Shown: positions 1-13,380 of the stretch, piece by piece
Numbering within the stretch: the stretch's first letter is position 1
How the letters are laid out: each line of letters starts with the position of its first letter
From: Cenococcum geophilum
Taxonomy: Eukaryota
NCBI GenBank assembly: GCA_050273025.1
Contig: CP158635.1
Location: 23,932,001 to 23,996,000, forward strand
Length of the DNA: 64,000 bases
Direction: 5' to 3'
Notes under the pieces: model-generated
Databases searched by the model: none
What the model was told of the DNA's origin: nothing
The model's input: only the letters and a program-made list of their open reading frames with translations
Program-made: the position numbers and the translations under genes

Positions 1-3000
1 CCCCTTAGTATACTACGAGTATAGGGTACAGGCCATCCCATTTATTATCCCATTTCTTCTTAGGTCTATTTATCTTTATATTTTCTAAGCTAACTATAAC
101 TATATTACCTTCATAGAATAACGCGCTCTCGTCCCTATAGGTATTAGTATTATCTTTATAGCGTTACTATAAAATCCAGGCTAGGGCCTTAAGCTATATT
201 AATATCCGCTTAAAGCGGTTAGCTATAGAGTCTGCGCGGAAGAACTCCTTCTTTACTTATACTAATAGTATTAGTAGATAGGGGCTAGCAGGCTTAATTC
301 CGAGGTAAGGGTTAAAGCCATAGTTTATAAAAAACGGGGAGATGCCTATGCTCTTATTAACTTAGTTATTTATAGCAAACTTAGTAAGCGGTAGGTAGTT
401 AACCTAGTCGTCCTATATAAAGCTAACAAAAGTATAAAGGTATTTATTTACGGCGGCGTTAATAATTTTAGTTTAGCCGTCCGTTTCTGGGTACTAGGCT
501 AAGCTTAGTTATAAGGTTATCTTAAGGTGTTTACTTAGTTATCGCCAGAAGTTGCTAATAAATTATATGCCGTAATTAGAGATAATTGTGCTTAGTACAC
601 CGTAGAGCTTATATATGTTGTTAATAAAGCTATTAACTAACTCCTCTATTAAGAGTCCTATTACTAGAACGAGGTGTTATATTTTAGTTAGGCGGTCTAT
701 AATAATAAGGATATATTTATATACCTTACCGTGGCGTTAGTATACTAGCAGCGTTATAATATAGTTAATTAAGATATCGGTCTATGGGCAGGCGGGTAAT
801 TCTAGTGGCTTTAAAAAACCGGGCGGGGTAAAACGGGGGGTCTTAGTGCAAATGTATAGGGTATAGTCTTTAACAAAGGTAGCTGTAAACTAGGAGATTC
901 CTAGCCACTAGTATATTTAGTTTAAGAGGTTAAGAGTCTTAACCTAGCTAGGGTAACTAGCGGGGCCGCTACTATAAGAGTAATAGGTAACTTTTAGGCG
1001 GAGGTCTAGGGCGTTAGGGACGAAGAGACGTTAGCGGAAGTAAATCTATCCGTTAATAATACTATATTCTAACTTATCGCAACAAAGTAATTTCCTAATT
1101 TTCTTTAGCTAATAGCGAGCTTTCCAATTACGTAGGGCTGCTACTATATCTCTTGCGAGTTTATTCTCCTAGTATCCTAACTAAATTAACTTATCTAGTA
1201 ACTTTTTAGCTATTTTAGGGTCTAAAGCGGCTATAAACTCCGCGTTATTAGAGTTATAGGACTTATATAGTAATTCTTCTAAGATTATAAGGTTAACTTT
1301 CTAGGGCGGTATAATAACTTGGGCTCAGTAGCAAAGGCGTTTATTATTAACGTCCTTAGGCCTTATTCCTAGTAGCTAGCTTAGGGCGTTAGGGAGCATA
1401 GCTTTGCTATTAGGTCTATATATAATTACAAAGTTAAACTATAAAAGAAACTCTGCCTACCAGACTTAGCGCTAGTTTAGCTGCTTAGTAGTTATAAACG
1501 TCTATAGGTTCTTATAGTTGGTAATAATTTTAAACGGCTTCTTAGTCCCTTATAGCTTAGGACGCTATTCCTCTAAAGCCTTAATAATAGCTAGGAGTTC
1601 TTTATTATAGATCTTATAGTTATATTCTAGCGCGGAGTACTTTATAAAGAAGAATGCGACTAGTCTTAATTTTCCGTTATTATTATACTAGGAAAGGACT
1701 CCGCCAAAAGCCCAATTTAATACATCTATCTCTACCACTGTTTTCTTTATATAGTTATAGTATGCTAGTACTAGTGCTAAAGTAAAGGCTCCCTTAAGGG
1801 CCTTAAACGATTTAGCTTGTTCTAGTCCCTATAGCCATTTAATATCCTTCTTTAGAAGTTTTGTCATAGGTATAGCAATAGCAGAGTAGCCTTAAATAAA
1901 TTATTAGTAAAAGTTCGTAAAGCTAAGAAATTATTATAGTTCTTTAATTAATATCGGGTCCTTCTATTCCTATAAGGCCTATATCTTCTTAGGGTCCATA
2001 GTTATACCATTAGTTAAGATAATTAAGCCAAGGTATTTTATTTTAGTAGAGTAAAACTTAGACTTATTAATATTAATCTAAAGTCCAGCATTACTAAGTC
2101 TTTAGATGACTTCATTTATATACTTAATATACTCGGCGCGTATTTTAGAAAAGATAAGGACATTATTAAGGTAGGCAGTGTAGTAGTCGTTAAGGGCGTT
2201 ATATAGAATATAGTTAATATAGTTTTAGAATATAGTGGGTGCGTTATAGAGGCTAAATAGTGTAACTAGCATCTTATAAAGTCCGAACTGGGTAATAAAT
2301 ACTATAAGCCACTTATAGCCCTCCGCAATCCAAATCCGGTTAAACGCAGTAATTATATTAAGTTTAGTAAAGTACTTAGCGCCATAAAGTGCGTTAAGTG
2401 TCTTGCGGATTAGTAGCAGTAGGTATTAATTCTTAATAGTAACTATATTTAGGCCTTAGTAGTTATAGTAGATTTATATACTACCGCCAGGCTTAGCAGC
2501 GAGGAGGAGTAGTATAGTAGCTAGTAAGGTTAATTCGCGGATAAAACCCTTATCCAGCATCTTATTAATCCACTTCTTTATACACCTAAGTTTAGCAGGT
2601 AAGAGTAGTCTATTTTTATAATATAGGGCCTAGTTTCTAGGGGTAATCTTAATTTTATAGTCCTATGGTTAGTAAGGGGGCAGCTTATCTACATTTTTAG
2701 GAAGGAAGTACTTAATATATTTACTAAACTCCTTTAGTAGGCGTTATAGAATATCTTTACAGGTTAATCCTAGTTTGCCTTTTAGGAATTTTTTAATATT
2801 AGTATCAACTATCTTCCAACGTAAAAGCTTAGGTTTAGTTTTTAGATTTATCTTAAGGAAGTTATAGAAATAGGGGGAAAGCGCTTTACGGGCTTCCTTT
2901 ATTATATAGTCGCCTTCTACTAGCCAGTAGAAAGACCTTTCTAATAGGTTTAGTACTTCTATTAGGCCTATAAGCAGCTCTTTAAGCAGCTGTTAGTGCT

Positions 3001-6000
3001 TATCTTATTTAACCAGTTCTACTAGCTCCGCTATATAGATCCTTATTACCTTTACGTCTTTTTATTTATAGAACTAGGTAAAATTAACAGCATAGGTATA
3101 TTTAATATCGTCTAGGTTAGGGTATATCTAGCTCTCTAGTGCTACGGCTAGGCTAGCACGGCTTAGTCGGCCCAGGGGGGCGGAAATAAGGCAGCGGCCC
3201 TATATAGTACACGCGGGAGATAGGTATAAGGTTAGGCGTTATAGTGGCGCGGTTTCTATTATCTAGGTCTCAGTAGTTCTATAGCCAGTCCTTACTATAA
3301 CGCAAGCTATAGTATATATATATAGTATATAGCTTAGTTCCAGGTATTAGGCTAGGCGGCTAGGGTTTAAATAATGCCTAGGTTAGGGTTAGTTTTTTAG
3401 TAGTAGCGGCGCAAAGTGGACCTTCTTCCTTAGTCTTGGCAGGGCTAGCTAGCCCGTTATTTTAGTCTTAAGTGCTAAGTTAGTCTAGTCTTCTACTATT
3501 TTATTTCTTTACAGCTATACGGGCTCCCCTTTATTAGAAACGTCTTCTACTATTAGGGCTTTATATATAGTCCTAGGCACTAGGCTTAGTAGTACTAAGT
3601 ATCTATATAGGGCGTCCCTACTAACGTTAGCTATCCCCTATAAGAGGCAGTACCTAAAGTAGTAGTCTAAGTTAAAGCGGATCTTAAGTTTCCTAAAGCT
3701 AGGACAGGGCTTATACTTCTAAAGCTAGGGCATGCCTAAGATAATTAGGGTAGTAGGTAAGAGTTTAGTAATAAAAAAGAGCATAGCTTTAGTATAGAGG
3801 CCGATTAATATTTAGGTGGTAAAGTAGTCTATAATAAGTAAAGTTAGGATACTATTTACAAGGCGCAGTAGCCTAAGTACTAGCAGCTTCTTAGTTATAA
3901 CGTTATACTTTCTTATAATAAACTCTATGTCGGTAAATGCCATTATAGTACTACCGGAGTCTACTAGGCTTACTATATTAATATAAACTTAGGGGTATAG
4001 GTTACGTAATAAGGAGAGTTAGGTTTAAATAAGGATTAATTTCTTATTACTATTTACTAATCTAAGATTAAGTAGCAGTTTACTAATAGAAAGGACTAAT
4101 TAATCTAGTAATAGGGACCTAATCTTCTCATCTTCCTCCTTATATAGTTTAGACCCTTAGGCGTAACTTAGTCTAAGGGTTTACCTTTTAATAACTAAGG
4201 TATAGGGCTATCTTAACGGGGCGGTTTAGTGTCCATCTGGCTGGCGGTGTCTATCTCTATTTTAGTCGGGGTATAAGAAGATAATACCTCACCGACAATA
4301 TAGCCGTGTTTGTATTCGCTAGCATAAAGTCACCAATACTAGGCGTTATTAACGGGTTAGGCTCCCATATAGGGTATAGTTTAGAGTAACTAAGCTATAG
4401 GGTTAAAGGGGGGGGGTTATCCACCGCGGCCATAATAGGCTTCGCGGTCGCCGCGTCTATAATAAACTCTATAATCACCGCGTCCGCAGTTATTTATTTA
4501 CATCGTTTAACGGGATAGCATTAGGACTAGGTTTACTATCTTAGTAGGGTTATAGGCATCCTTCTAGTGGCTAGGTAGGCTATAGGCAAGGTATAATCTA
4601 TTATTAACGCGGCGCTTACACTCCGTGTCTAAGATTCTATTAAGGTCTATAGGTTCTCCAGTCACTATTAGGGTTAGGGTTAATATAGGGGCAGGGGCTT
4701 AGGCAGGTAGGCGGTAGTTAGCGTTCTTCTTAAGGTTGGCTTAGTATGTATAGTTCGCGAGGTTCTTAGCAAATATATCCATCTGCTTGCTCCAACCTAT
4801 ATAATTACTATTATTAATTTTATAAGCCAGTCTAAGTACCAGCTCTTCCATCTTTAGAAAGATAAACTTTTAGAGTAGGTCTACCTTCTATTCATCTATC
4901 TTCTTAGCGCGGACTATTAGCTTATTAAGCTCTCCCTTCTAGGACTAGTAATTACGCTTACCTTAGGGGAAATAGTTAAGCTTATTCTTTATAACCTAGG
5001 TTATATTAAGGACCTTATAGTAGGCAGTAAGGTCTTTAAGCATATCTTTCTTAGTAGGCCATTTCCACACAGATATATTGTTTAGGTTCTTATATATAAG
5101 CTCTAGGCCCTACTTAATAAACTTATAGGCCTTATCCTCTAGTATATCTAAGATATAAAGGATCTAGGACTAAACTATATTAAAGTAGTCCCAGTCCTAG
5201 TTAAAGACTCCCTTAATCTTAATATACCAGGTCTTAAAATTAGCTTATCATTCTAGCAGGGTACCTTTTCCGCTAAATATTAGCGGGTCTTTAGATCTCC
5301 GTTTTTTCTGCTAGGTTACTACTATTATTATAGGGGTTAATTATTTTAGAACGGTAATAGTCTCTACCTAGGAGTTAATAGTTCCTATCTAGAAAGCAAT
5401 AAGGGCACTAAGGTTTTCGTTAGCTTTCTTATTAGCGGTGTTTGTATTATATATATACTATAATCCTACTTTAATATTATTAAGGAACTTATTAGTATAG
5501 TTAATAAGGGTAAGGTAAGCTTTGCTAGGCTTAAAGGTCTTAGGGTATAGTAGGGAGCAGCGGATTATTTACGCGATATTAGGGTATATCTCTATAAATA
5601 GGTCTATAAAAATATCGCGGGGGTTCTAGGTTTTGGCTATTTTGGCGTTATTAGTATCGCCTATTTAGGCGCTAGGTAAAAACTAAGAATTATTCTAGGA
5701 CTATACTAGGGACGTATTAGTTTTAGCAGAGGTATATGTAGGTCGCAATTACTCTAGGGCGGAGGTTAATTAGCTAGGGTACGGGGAATTAGTGATCGCG
5801 ACAGGGCGCAAATTAAAGATACCACAAACTGTCACAGTGCTGCAATAAAGTAGACTAAATAACTACGTTATGGTATGAAGAGGGGAAGAAGGTGGAAAGG
5901 GGGTATTATATACAAATAGTAGGGCCAGCCGCCAAGTCGCTAGTGGTGGGCCAGCCAACAGTAGGGAACAGTACGAGACAGTATGAAACAGTATGCGTCA

Positions 6001-6016
6001 GGTCAGTGCCGTGACA
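1..6016 (-). mobile_element. Ty3/Gypsy LTR retrotransposon, RIP-inactivated, 3' end outside window
   Basis: Minus-strand remnants in gag-PR-RT-RH-IN order. RT reads YTAYLNNVLIFS (YLDD RIPed) at about 2162-2173, and integrase reads PETDG.T at about 470-495. The 5' LTR is at 5830-6016. Confidence 0.93.
5830..6016 (-). repeat. 5' LTR (187 bp) of the left-hand Gypsy element
   Basis: TGTCAC...GTGACA termini directly upstream of the gag region. The partner LTR is not in the window. Confidence 0.8.
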
Positions 6017-6243
6017 TAAGGTCACTCATCCGCTCGTTGAGCGGCCAGTAGGTATGCTTTCTGTCTCCTCCCTAGTCTATGTCTGCGTATATATATAAAA
6101 ATGGAACCCCCCTCCTAGGGCGCCGCTTCTCCAGCAGCGTTCTATTATTCTATTTTAAAAATGGCGTCAATTAGTCTCGTAGAGATTAACGTCGCGAATA
6201 ATGCCGAACTACGCGCTAACGCGCAGAGCACACTATCTATGCA
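6017..6243 (+). mobile_element. 5' fragment of a Crypton-related element
   Basis: ATG at 6161 reads MASISLVEINVANNAELRANAQ, matching the N-terminus of the Crypton ORFs at 14017 and 24907 (MALTNRVEINI.NNAELRAN). The upstream sequence is also loosely similar. Similarity stops near 6243. Confidence 0.65.
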
Positions 6244-6859
6244 AGGGATACTTGCTTAACTAAGTAGCGGCGTAGATCTCAGCTAATTTCTAATCTAAAA
6301 TAAAGAACTAGCCAATGAAGTAGATAAGGAGTAATTATTTAATAAGCCGTTAGTGCTATATAATAAAGTTTTAAAGGGGTAGAGGATAAGGTAGTTATTT
6401 TAGAAATAGAAGAGGATAATAACTGATAGCCTAATAATACAAAGGTATTCTATAGTAGTATATTAGTAATAAAGAACCTATTATAGCCTATTTAGTACTT
6501 AATAACTATTAAACCTAGCACTAAAAGAGAGTTGACGATCGCAGGTGGAATATACACATGTGGCTTGCTTTAGTAAAGTCAAGCCGTAGAATAGATGCAT
6601 ACAACATACGTCCGAAAGACCTTTTCTACCAGCCCCTATTTACCTCTTTACAGACTCTCCCCACGTCGTACAGCTAGTTTGCAGGAGACTTTTCCGTATA
6701 ACAAACACCCTCCCCATGGATCCGGAGAGCTCTGATTCAATCAACCCTAGACCCGGACCACATCTCACCCTACTCTGGCAACCACCGGCTACTACAAACC
6801 ACCCAACACGCAGATCATCCGCCCACCGCCTCCCTTCTCCACAAACCCCACCCACTCAC

Positions 6860-8724
6860 CTAGCCTCGACTCCTCCACCTCTCCTTCCATTCCCCCACCA
6901 ACCCCCTATAATCCTCCACCCCATACGCCCCCACCACCTCCCTCCACCCCCCCTTCCGCCTCCCCCTCACCCCGAGATCTCCAAGCAACAAATCCAAATA
7001 CGGCACAGCATCGAACACAAAATCCGGCACCTGGCCCCCATACCCACACGGATAGCGCCACCGCCCCCACCTCGCCGCCCGCACCGCCTCCCACCGCGCC
7101 TCCTCCACGCCCTGCGGCACCCTCTCCAGCTCACCCGCAAAATACGCACAGACCCACAGCGCCTGCGCAGAGGCCGTGACAGACGTCGTGATGCTGGTCA
7201 GCAGCCCCGCGAAGGCGAGGGAGCGGGAGGTGATGAGGGGCGGCGGGACCATGAAGCGGTAGAGGCGGAGCGGGGTCGTCGTTGCTGCTGCATCGGCGAC
7301 CCCACCTCCTCCGCCGCCCTCGCATCCTCCTCTGGCGGGGACGGGCGGCTGGGCGCGCAGGCGCGGGAAGCGGGCGAGGATCTCGGCGTCTGCTTTCTCG
7401 GCTAGGGCGGCGTGGGGGTCGGGCAGGGGGTGCGGGAGGCCGAGCTCGGCGGCGGTGGCGGCGGCGGAGGAGGAGGAGGCATGCAGGCGGAATTGAATTG
7501 GTGGGCCGGGTTTCCAGCCCGTGGCGCAGATGAGGGCGTCGCAGGGGAGGGTGGCGCCAGTGGAGAGGTGGAGCGCGTCGGGCGACAGATGCGATATCTC
7601 GGCGACGTGGACGCGGATCTGGCCGGCGCGGACTAGGGCGAAGAAGTCGGTTGGGTAGTTGAGGATGCCCAGCCCGCTGCCGATCCAGAAGGCGCTGTGC
7701 CACGGCTTCAGCTTTTTCATCTCAGCGTCCTTGTCGAAGCCGATCGCCGTGATCACGTCGGCCGACAGGATCTTCCAGAACAGGTCGACGAAGAAGCGGC
7801 CCAGGAACGTGCCGTGCAGGAAGTTTCTGATCCCACCATACCCGTCCTCGTCCCCCCAGATGCACGGGCTGAGCCAGGTCAAGAGCCGGATGTGCACGAG
7901 CTTCTCGAGCCACTTCTTCAGTGGCGTCATGTACGGCGGCGCCATCCACACGGGGCCCTTGCCCGAGGGCCGGATGACCATGTCGACGCGCACGCCAGCG
8001 GACGCGTAGGCGTAGGCGACGTCCCAGGCGGACTTGGCGCCGCCGAGCACCGCGACGTGCCGTGCGCTCTCGAGGCTCGCGGCGTGGTGCTGGAAGTCCT
8101 TGGAGTGGAAGAGCAGGCCGGCGAAGGCGCTGCTGCCGGGGATGTCGGGAATGTTGGGCTCGGACGTCAGGCCGGTCGCGACGATCAGCTTCTTAGTCTG
8201 GAGTTGCGACGAGATGGGCATGGCGTCGTCGGTGAGTTGCTCGCTGGCGGTGAGGGTCCAGCTGCCGTCGGCCGTCTGCTCGGCGCTCTCAACGGTCGTG
8301 TTGAAGCGTATGCGGCGGAAGACGCCGAAGTGCTCGGCGTACTTCGCGAGATATTGGTGCAGGACGGCTGCGGGGATGTGCTCGCCGGGCTGGACGCCAA
8401 ACGTGGCACTGTCCATGGGGAAATCGGGGTACTCGTACGTGCCCAGCATGTTATTCGACCTCAAGCCAGGGTAGAGACGGTGTTTCGCCCACACGCCGCC
8501 CACGGTGGACGCGGACTCCAGGACAAGCACATTCTCGTCTGGATGCAGCTCGATGTATGTTTTTGCAGCTGCGAGGCCAAACCATCCTATCGAACGAGGT
8601 AAGTAAAGAGACAGGACAGGATCAAGAGACAACGACAAGCCAGCAGCGGAAATGAAACCAGTATATAAAAGTGACAAAAAACCTTACCTGCACCGACAAC
8701 AACAAAGTCAAACGATTGCATCAT
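6860..8724 (-). CDS. Flavin-containing monooxygenase (FMO-like, class B), 2 exons: 8724-8688 and 8586-6860
   Basis: Exon 1 MMQSFDFVVVGA joins across a GTAAGG...ATAG intron (8687-8587) to rebuild the FAD motif GAGWFG. FMO fingerprint FAGLLFHSKDF, NADPH motif VLGGAKSA, and ATG motifs (VATG, CATG) are present. Confidence 0.92.
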
Positions 8725-9537
8725 TCACAGCTCGTATTTCAAAGATGAAAGACAATTGAGAGAAAAGGTTGAGTGTGCGCCGAGCTCAGGTGCCCCTGAA
8801 CATGTCGCTTCGCTCTCCTCTTTGAGATATCGAGCATCTTAGCCAAGCAAACGTTTTTTCCCTGGCTAGCACGATGCTACGGTGTCCAGCTACATGTACA
8901 CATTCTGGTGTTGCGTCTTCCATTTATCATGGCGAAGAGAAGTTGTCGTTGTCGTTCTCCGACTATGCCGCGCTTGGTTGGTATTCTCCACCAATGGCCG
9001 ATTGGAGTAAAAACATCTCCCTTACTTCCCACCACTGATAAGTACCCAGCACACCAGGGGCTATTCATCTAGTCCTCACCGCACTACCCCAGCTTCAGAT
9101 TAATGCCTCAAGTGCCTGATAATGGAATATAAAATGAGCTCACATAGAAGTCTTATCAAGCATACGAGGCCGTTGACAAAGGCGCCACTAGGGGACGATC
9201 AAATTAAGTGTGCGCCATATAAGCCGACCTGTCCTTCACAAGCTAGTGTTACAGGGAGGACGCTACACAAGGACCGGCACGGCGATGTCGTAATCGAAGC
9301 GAGATCTTCCCACCACCTCTAGCTCCAGCGAATCCGCAGCCACAAATTTCAAAGCATACTTAACCCCCCTTGTACAAATACACCACCAATCCCAAAACAC
9401 TCTACCCGGACTACTTTTCTCATCCACAAACGGTGCGAAGAGATCAAGAAAAGCCAGCCGGAACGCCCATAAATGCAGCACAACAACACCTCTCCAACAT
9501 TTAAAGCAAACCGCGTGAAATTACAAGGCCCCCCTCC

Positions 9538-11703
9538 TCAGCTCTCTCCACCCCACTCCTGCCACTCGTCCTCCCTCCGTTCGCGACTGCCCGCCGCGCT
9601 CCCGCTCCCACTCCCACCACCCCTCCCCTTCCCCTTCGGCGGCGGCTTAAGAAAATCATTTGGGATATCATTCCAGTTCCGTGTCGCCCTAACCCGCCGC
9701 CCCTTCCGGAGCCCCCTCCTCTCCGCCCTCTCCTCATCGCTACTAACCTCATACCCATCCTCCTCGTCCTCCTCTTCATCCTCCTCCGCATACTCGTACT
9801 GGTCCGCCCTCCTGCGCTCCAGCGTGCGCAGCGGCATATCCCCATCCGCATACATGCCCCTCTCACGGCCCAGGATCTGGTCCGCCTTCCCCGGACTACG
9901 CCGCCCCTCGAGCGGCACGGTCGCGACGCCAGTCGAAGTAGTGAGGTACCTATTCTCCGCCTCCTCGCGGCCGGGCGCCTGCCACTCTGGGCGGCGCGGC
10001 GCACGAGGCGTCGAAACCGGAGTCCCGTACGCCGGATGAGCGTTAGCGAAGTCGTGGCCGTGGCCGTGGCCATGCCGCATGATCCCGGCCTCGGTCGGCG
10101 AGTCGACGCCCCAGCCGGCGGCGCGCTCGCGCTCCTTCTGGATGCGGGCCTGGGTCTCGCGCTCGATGCGAATGCGCTCACGCGCCGCGAGCCACTTGGG
10201 GCTCGGGTCCCAGGTCCAGCCGTCGCCGAGCGTGTTGCTGATGGGCAGGAGCCAGAGGGATGGGGACGGGCCGAAGACGTGCAGGAGGTTGCGGCGCCAG
10301 CCGAGGTCGAAGGCGTTGGGGAGGCTGTCGCTGTCGCGCTCGTCGAGGTAGGAGTCGTAGCGCTCCATGTCGCGTTGGCGTTCGCGGCGCTCGTAGGACT
10401 CTGTGCGGGAATGGGCGGAGTAGCCGTTGCTCATGGGAGAGTTGCTGGAGTAGGGGTTTGCGTTGGGGGAGCGGGACGGTGAGCGGGCAGGGGAGGACTC
10501 GCCTTCTTCGGGCCTGGTGATGCCTGGGAGTGCGTTGGCGTGGATTTCTCTCAGCTGGTCACTGAGGCTTGGACGTCCGTTCGCTTCCGGGTCGACGTAG
10601 TTGCGGTTGTTGAGCTGTTGCCGCATTGAGTTACGGAGGGGAGATAAATAGCGAGTCTTCTCTAAACTCTCGATCGTGGTCTGTCCTTTGCTTGCTAGCC
10701 ACAGATGCCACAGCGTGAAGCCAGTTATTACAAGTCCGATAATGCCGGAAAGCACTGCAAGCAACACGTAGTTCACCGGCATCATGGTTTCGGTATACCG
10801 GCCGTCGCTCATCACTTCACTCCAGACCCACGCTGAAGATGCAGCAAAGCACATCCAACAGAATAGCGTCAAGTACACGAGAAATAATACAAAGGCTTTA
10901 TAGTTGCGTAGTCCAACACATGTTGCGAGCCAGGGGCAATGGTGGTCCATTTTCAAAACACAGCGTCGGCAAGAAGAGCAATGATGAGCGCGGTCTGGCT
11001 TCTTGGCCTGGCATTTCTTACAGAATCGGATGTCACCAGTAGATTTGACCATGAAAGAGGCATACGTCATTGATTCTTGTGTGGGAAGGTGGCTGTAGCC
11101 ATTTTTAGTATTGAGGGGGGATCCCGGGTCCGTGAAGACGGCGGTGGTGTAGCTCCAGTTCAGGAGAAGGTAGAGGAGAATCCCAACCGCTGACGATGTT
11201 CTGCCTGAAAAACAAAGGATTAGCCCATGGATCAAAACTAGTATGTCAAGGCAACGTATGTGACAGGATCGATGCATGGTGATGGAGTTCCCCTTTTTAT
11301 ATCAGGCGCCCGAGGTTGGTTCAGACAGATTTGACCGGTTCTGAGGACTCATGATCGGGCGTGTTGAGGTCCTCTAGATTGGTATGCTTCTTTTAAAGCA
11401 CGCTGTTGAACACCTCGGGTAGCTGTTGGAATGGCTCTTCTATGCATCGGTCCTGTTCCACACTTTTATAACAGCCCCTGAGAGGTGAAGGGATGGTCTA
11501 CCTGTCCAAGTGTGCTTCGCAGGCACCATCCCTATACCAGCTTCAACCCATACGGCCCAAGTTGTCAAACCGTAGACGAAAGCTAGCGGAAAGTATGTCA
11601 CGACGCTGCAACAGTAGCGCTCGCACTTTCTCGCCCAGGTCCTACTACGGCGCATGTTGTGGGAAGGTGAGGAAGGAGGCGATGGTGAGCCCAACGTGGC
11701 CAT
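9538..11703 (-). CDS. PFA3: DHHC palmitoyltransferase, Pfa3-like, 2 exons: 11703-11502 and 11204-9538
   Basis: DPG motif, DHHC-CRD CKKCQAKKPDRAHHCSSCRRCVLKMDHHCPWLATCVGLRNYKAF, TTIE and NAFDLGWRRN motifs, hydrophobic TM segments. Intron 11501-11205 (GTAGAC...GCTAAT...TTTCAG) joins both ORF-track pieces in frame. Confidence 0.92.
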
Positions 11704-12115
11704 TGTAGGCAGCTATAAAGGCTGAGGGTGATTCAGGACTCGAGGGATTCGAGGTGCCGTAAATCCATCTACAGATGAGTTGCTGTGGCAGCTGTCGCCA
11801 GGGCTGAAGTTGAGGAGGCGGAGCAAGCGGGAAGGAGGGAGGAATTGGTGCAGGAAGCAAGGAGTTACCGCGCTATGGCTTGAAGATCGGGAATAGGAGA
11901 AATGAAGGACAAGCGGGATGACATCCAACTCGGCATCAGATCTACAAGTGACGACGGTGGCGGCGGTGATGGAGGGAGTGGATGCAGCAGGAGAAGTGGT
12001 CGTAATCGCCAGCATAACAGCGCTGAGAGGGAGAGGCTAGGGGTCCGTGGCTGCAGTTTCTGCACGTGATTTGTGGCGCAAGCGTGGACGCAGTTGACTC
12101 AGCATGCTCAGACTA

Positions 12116-12549
12116 ACGTGTTTTATCAGTCATCCGGTAATATCAGTCATCCAGTAGCCCCAAAAACCACCAAAAATTGGGAAAATCGCATTTTGATATC
12201 TTAACAACGGCTTTATAATAAATTCTAAAATTCTATAACTAGCCTTTTATACCTATTCTAAGACTCCTATTAAAGTTCTAGAATAATAGGCCTAGCCGTT
12301 ATTATGATATTATGTTTTATTAAGTTTTGGCCCCCAAATTTGGGCTAAATTACTATTCCTCTAGAATTACTTAATGAATTACTTCCAAAGTTAGAGTAGA
12401 GTCTTAGAATAGGTATAAAAGGCTAACTATAGAATTTTAGAATTTATTATAAAGCCGTTGTTAAGATATCAAAATGCGATTTTCCCAATTTTTGGTGGTT
12501 TTTGGGGCTACTGGATGACTGATATTACCGGATGACTGATAAAACACGT
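12116..12549. mobile_element. Tc1/mariner (pogo/Fot1-type) MITE, 434 bp
   Basis: ACGT...ACGT ends, about 150-bp inverted arms, TA on both sides (12114-15, 12550-51), no ORF. A near-identical copy lies inverted at 52111-52527. Confidence 0.92.
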
Positions 12550-13049
12550 TAGTTAGTTAAGAAACCGATTTACCTCAGCGAGCTCAGACGCGATTTTTTA
12601 GCTAGCATCGGAATAACCTAAGCCGTCTTCCGAATTGCAAAATCACGTCTGAGAGGCTTTGGCGAGTTTTGTTAAAAGCATAAGCAAAATCCGTAAAACG
12701 GATATTACGGATATCTAATTTATTTATTCACACAACGTATTATTATTACTAAAAGTTAATATAATATTTTTAAGAACTAGGGCTTTTAAATGGTATAAAT
12801 TTTATAATACGGCTATTGCTTAGTCCTAATATTAATTTCGTTAAAGTTAAAAAACGCGTTATTAAAAGCATAAGCATATATTGTATCTTATTAAATAGTC
12901 TGCTAATATAGATAAAACTATACAGATATATAGATATCTACTACTTAAAGCTATTGCAACACTTAGAAGGTGCTATAGTTAGGTCCTTCCTTAAAAATAT
13001 CCCCCCTTGGCCCGGAGTGCCTCTGCTACTACTAGGGGGTAAGCTTTGG

Positions 13050-13380
13050 GCAGAGTCTCGTGCAGAGCTTCGTGCAGAGCCTCAGTAGAGCTTTGTGCAG
13101 AGCTTCGTGTAGAGCCTTAGTAGAGCTTCGTGTAGAGCTTCGCGCAGAGCTTCGTGTAGAGCTTCGCGCAGAGCTCCGTGCAGAGCTTCGTGTAGAGCTT
13201 GGTGTAGGGCTTCGTGCAGAGCTTCGTGCAGAGCTTCGTGCAGAGCTTCGTGCAGAGCTTCGTGCAGAGCTTCGTGCAGAGCTTCGTGCAGAGCTTCGTG
13301 CAGAGCTTTTGCAGAGCTTTAGTGGAGCTTCCTGCAGGTCTCCCCCTGAGCTTCGTTCCGCAGAGCTCTCGCAAAGCTCC
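13050..13380. repeat. 12-bp minisatellite (GAGCTTCGTGCA)n
   Basis: More than 20 tandem units, perfect at about 13211-13306 and degenerate at the flanks. Confidence 0.95.

Noticed and set aside
6640..11042. Many overlapping ORFs such as 6716-7405 (+), 7697-8602 (+), 9473-10039 (+) and 9501-10181 (-)
   Set aside because: Shadow frames of the GC-rich FMO and PFA3 genes, low complexity and without domains.
8587..11277. ORF-track N-termini MSLLYTGF... (8677) and MHRSCHIR... (11277)
   Set aside because: Both start inside introns. Spliced upstream exons supply the real starts at 8724 and 11703.
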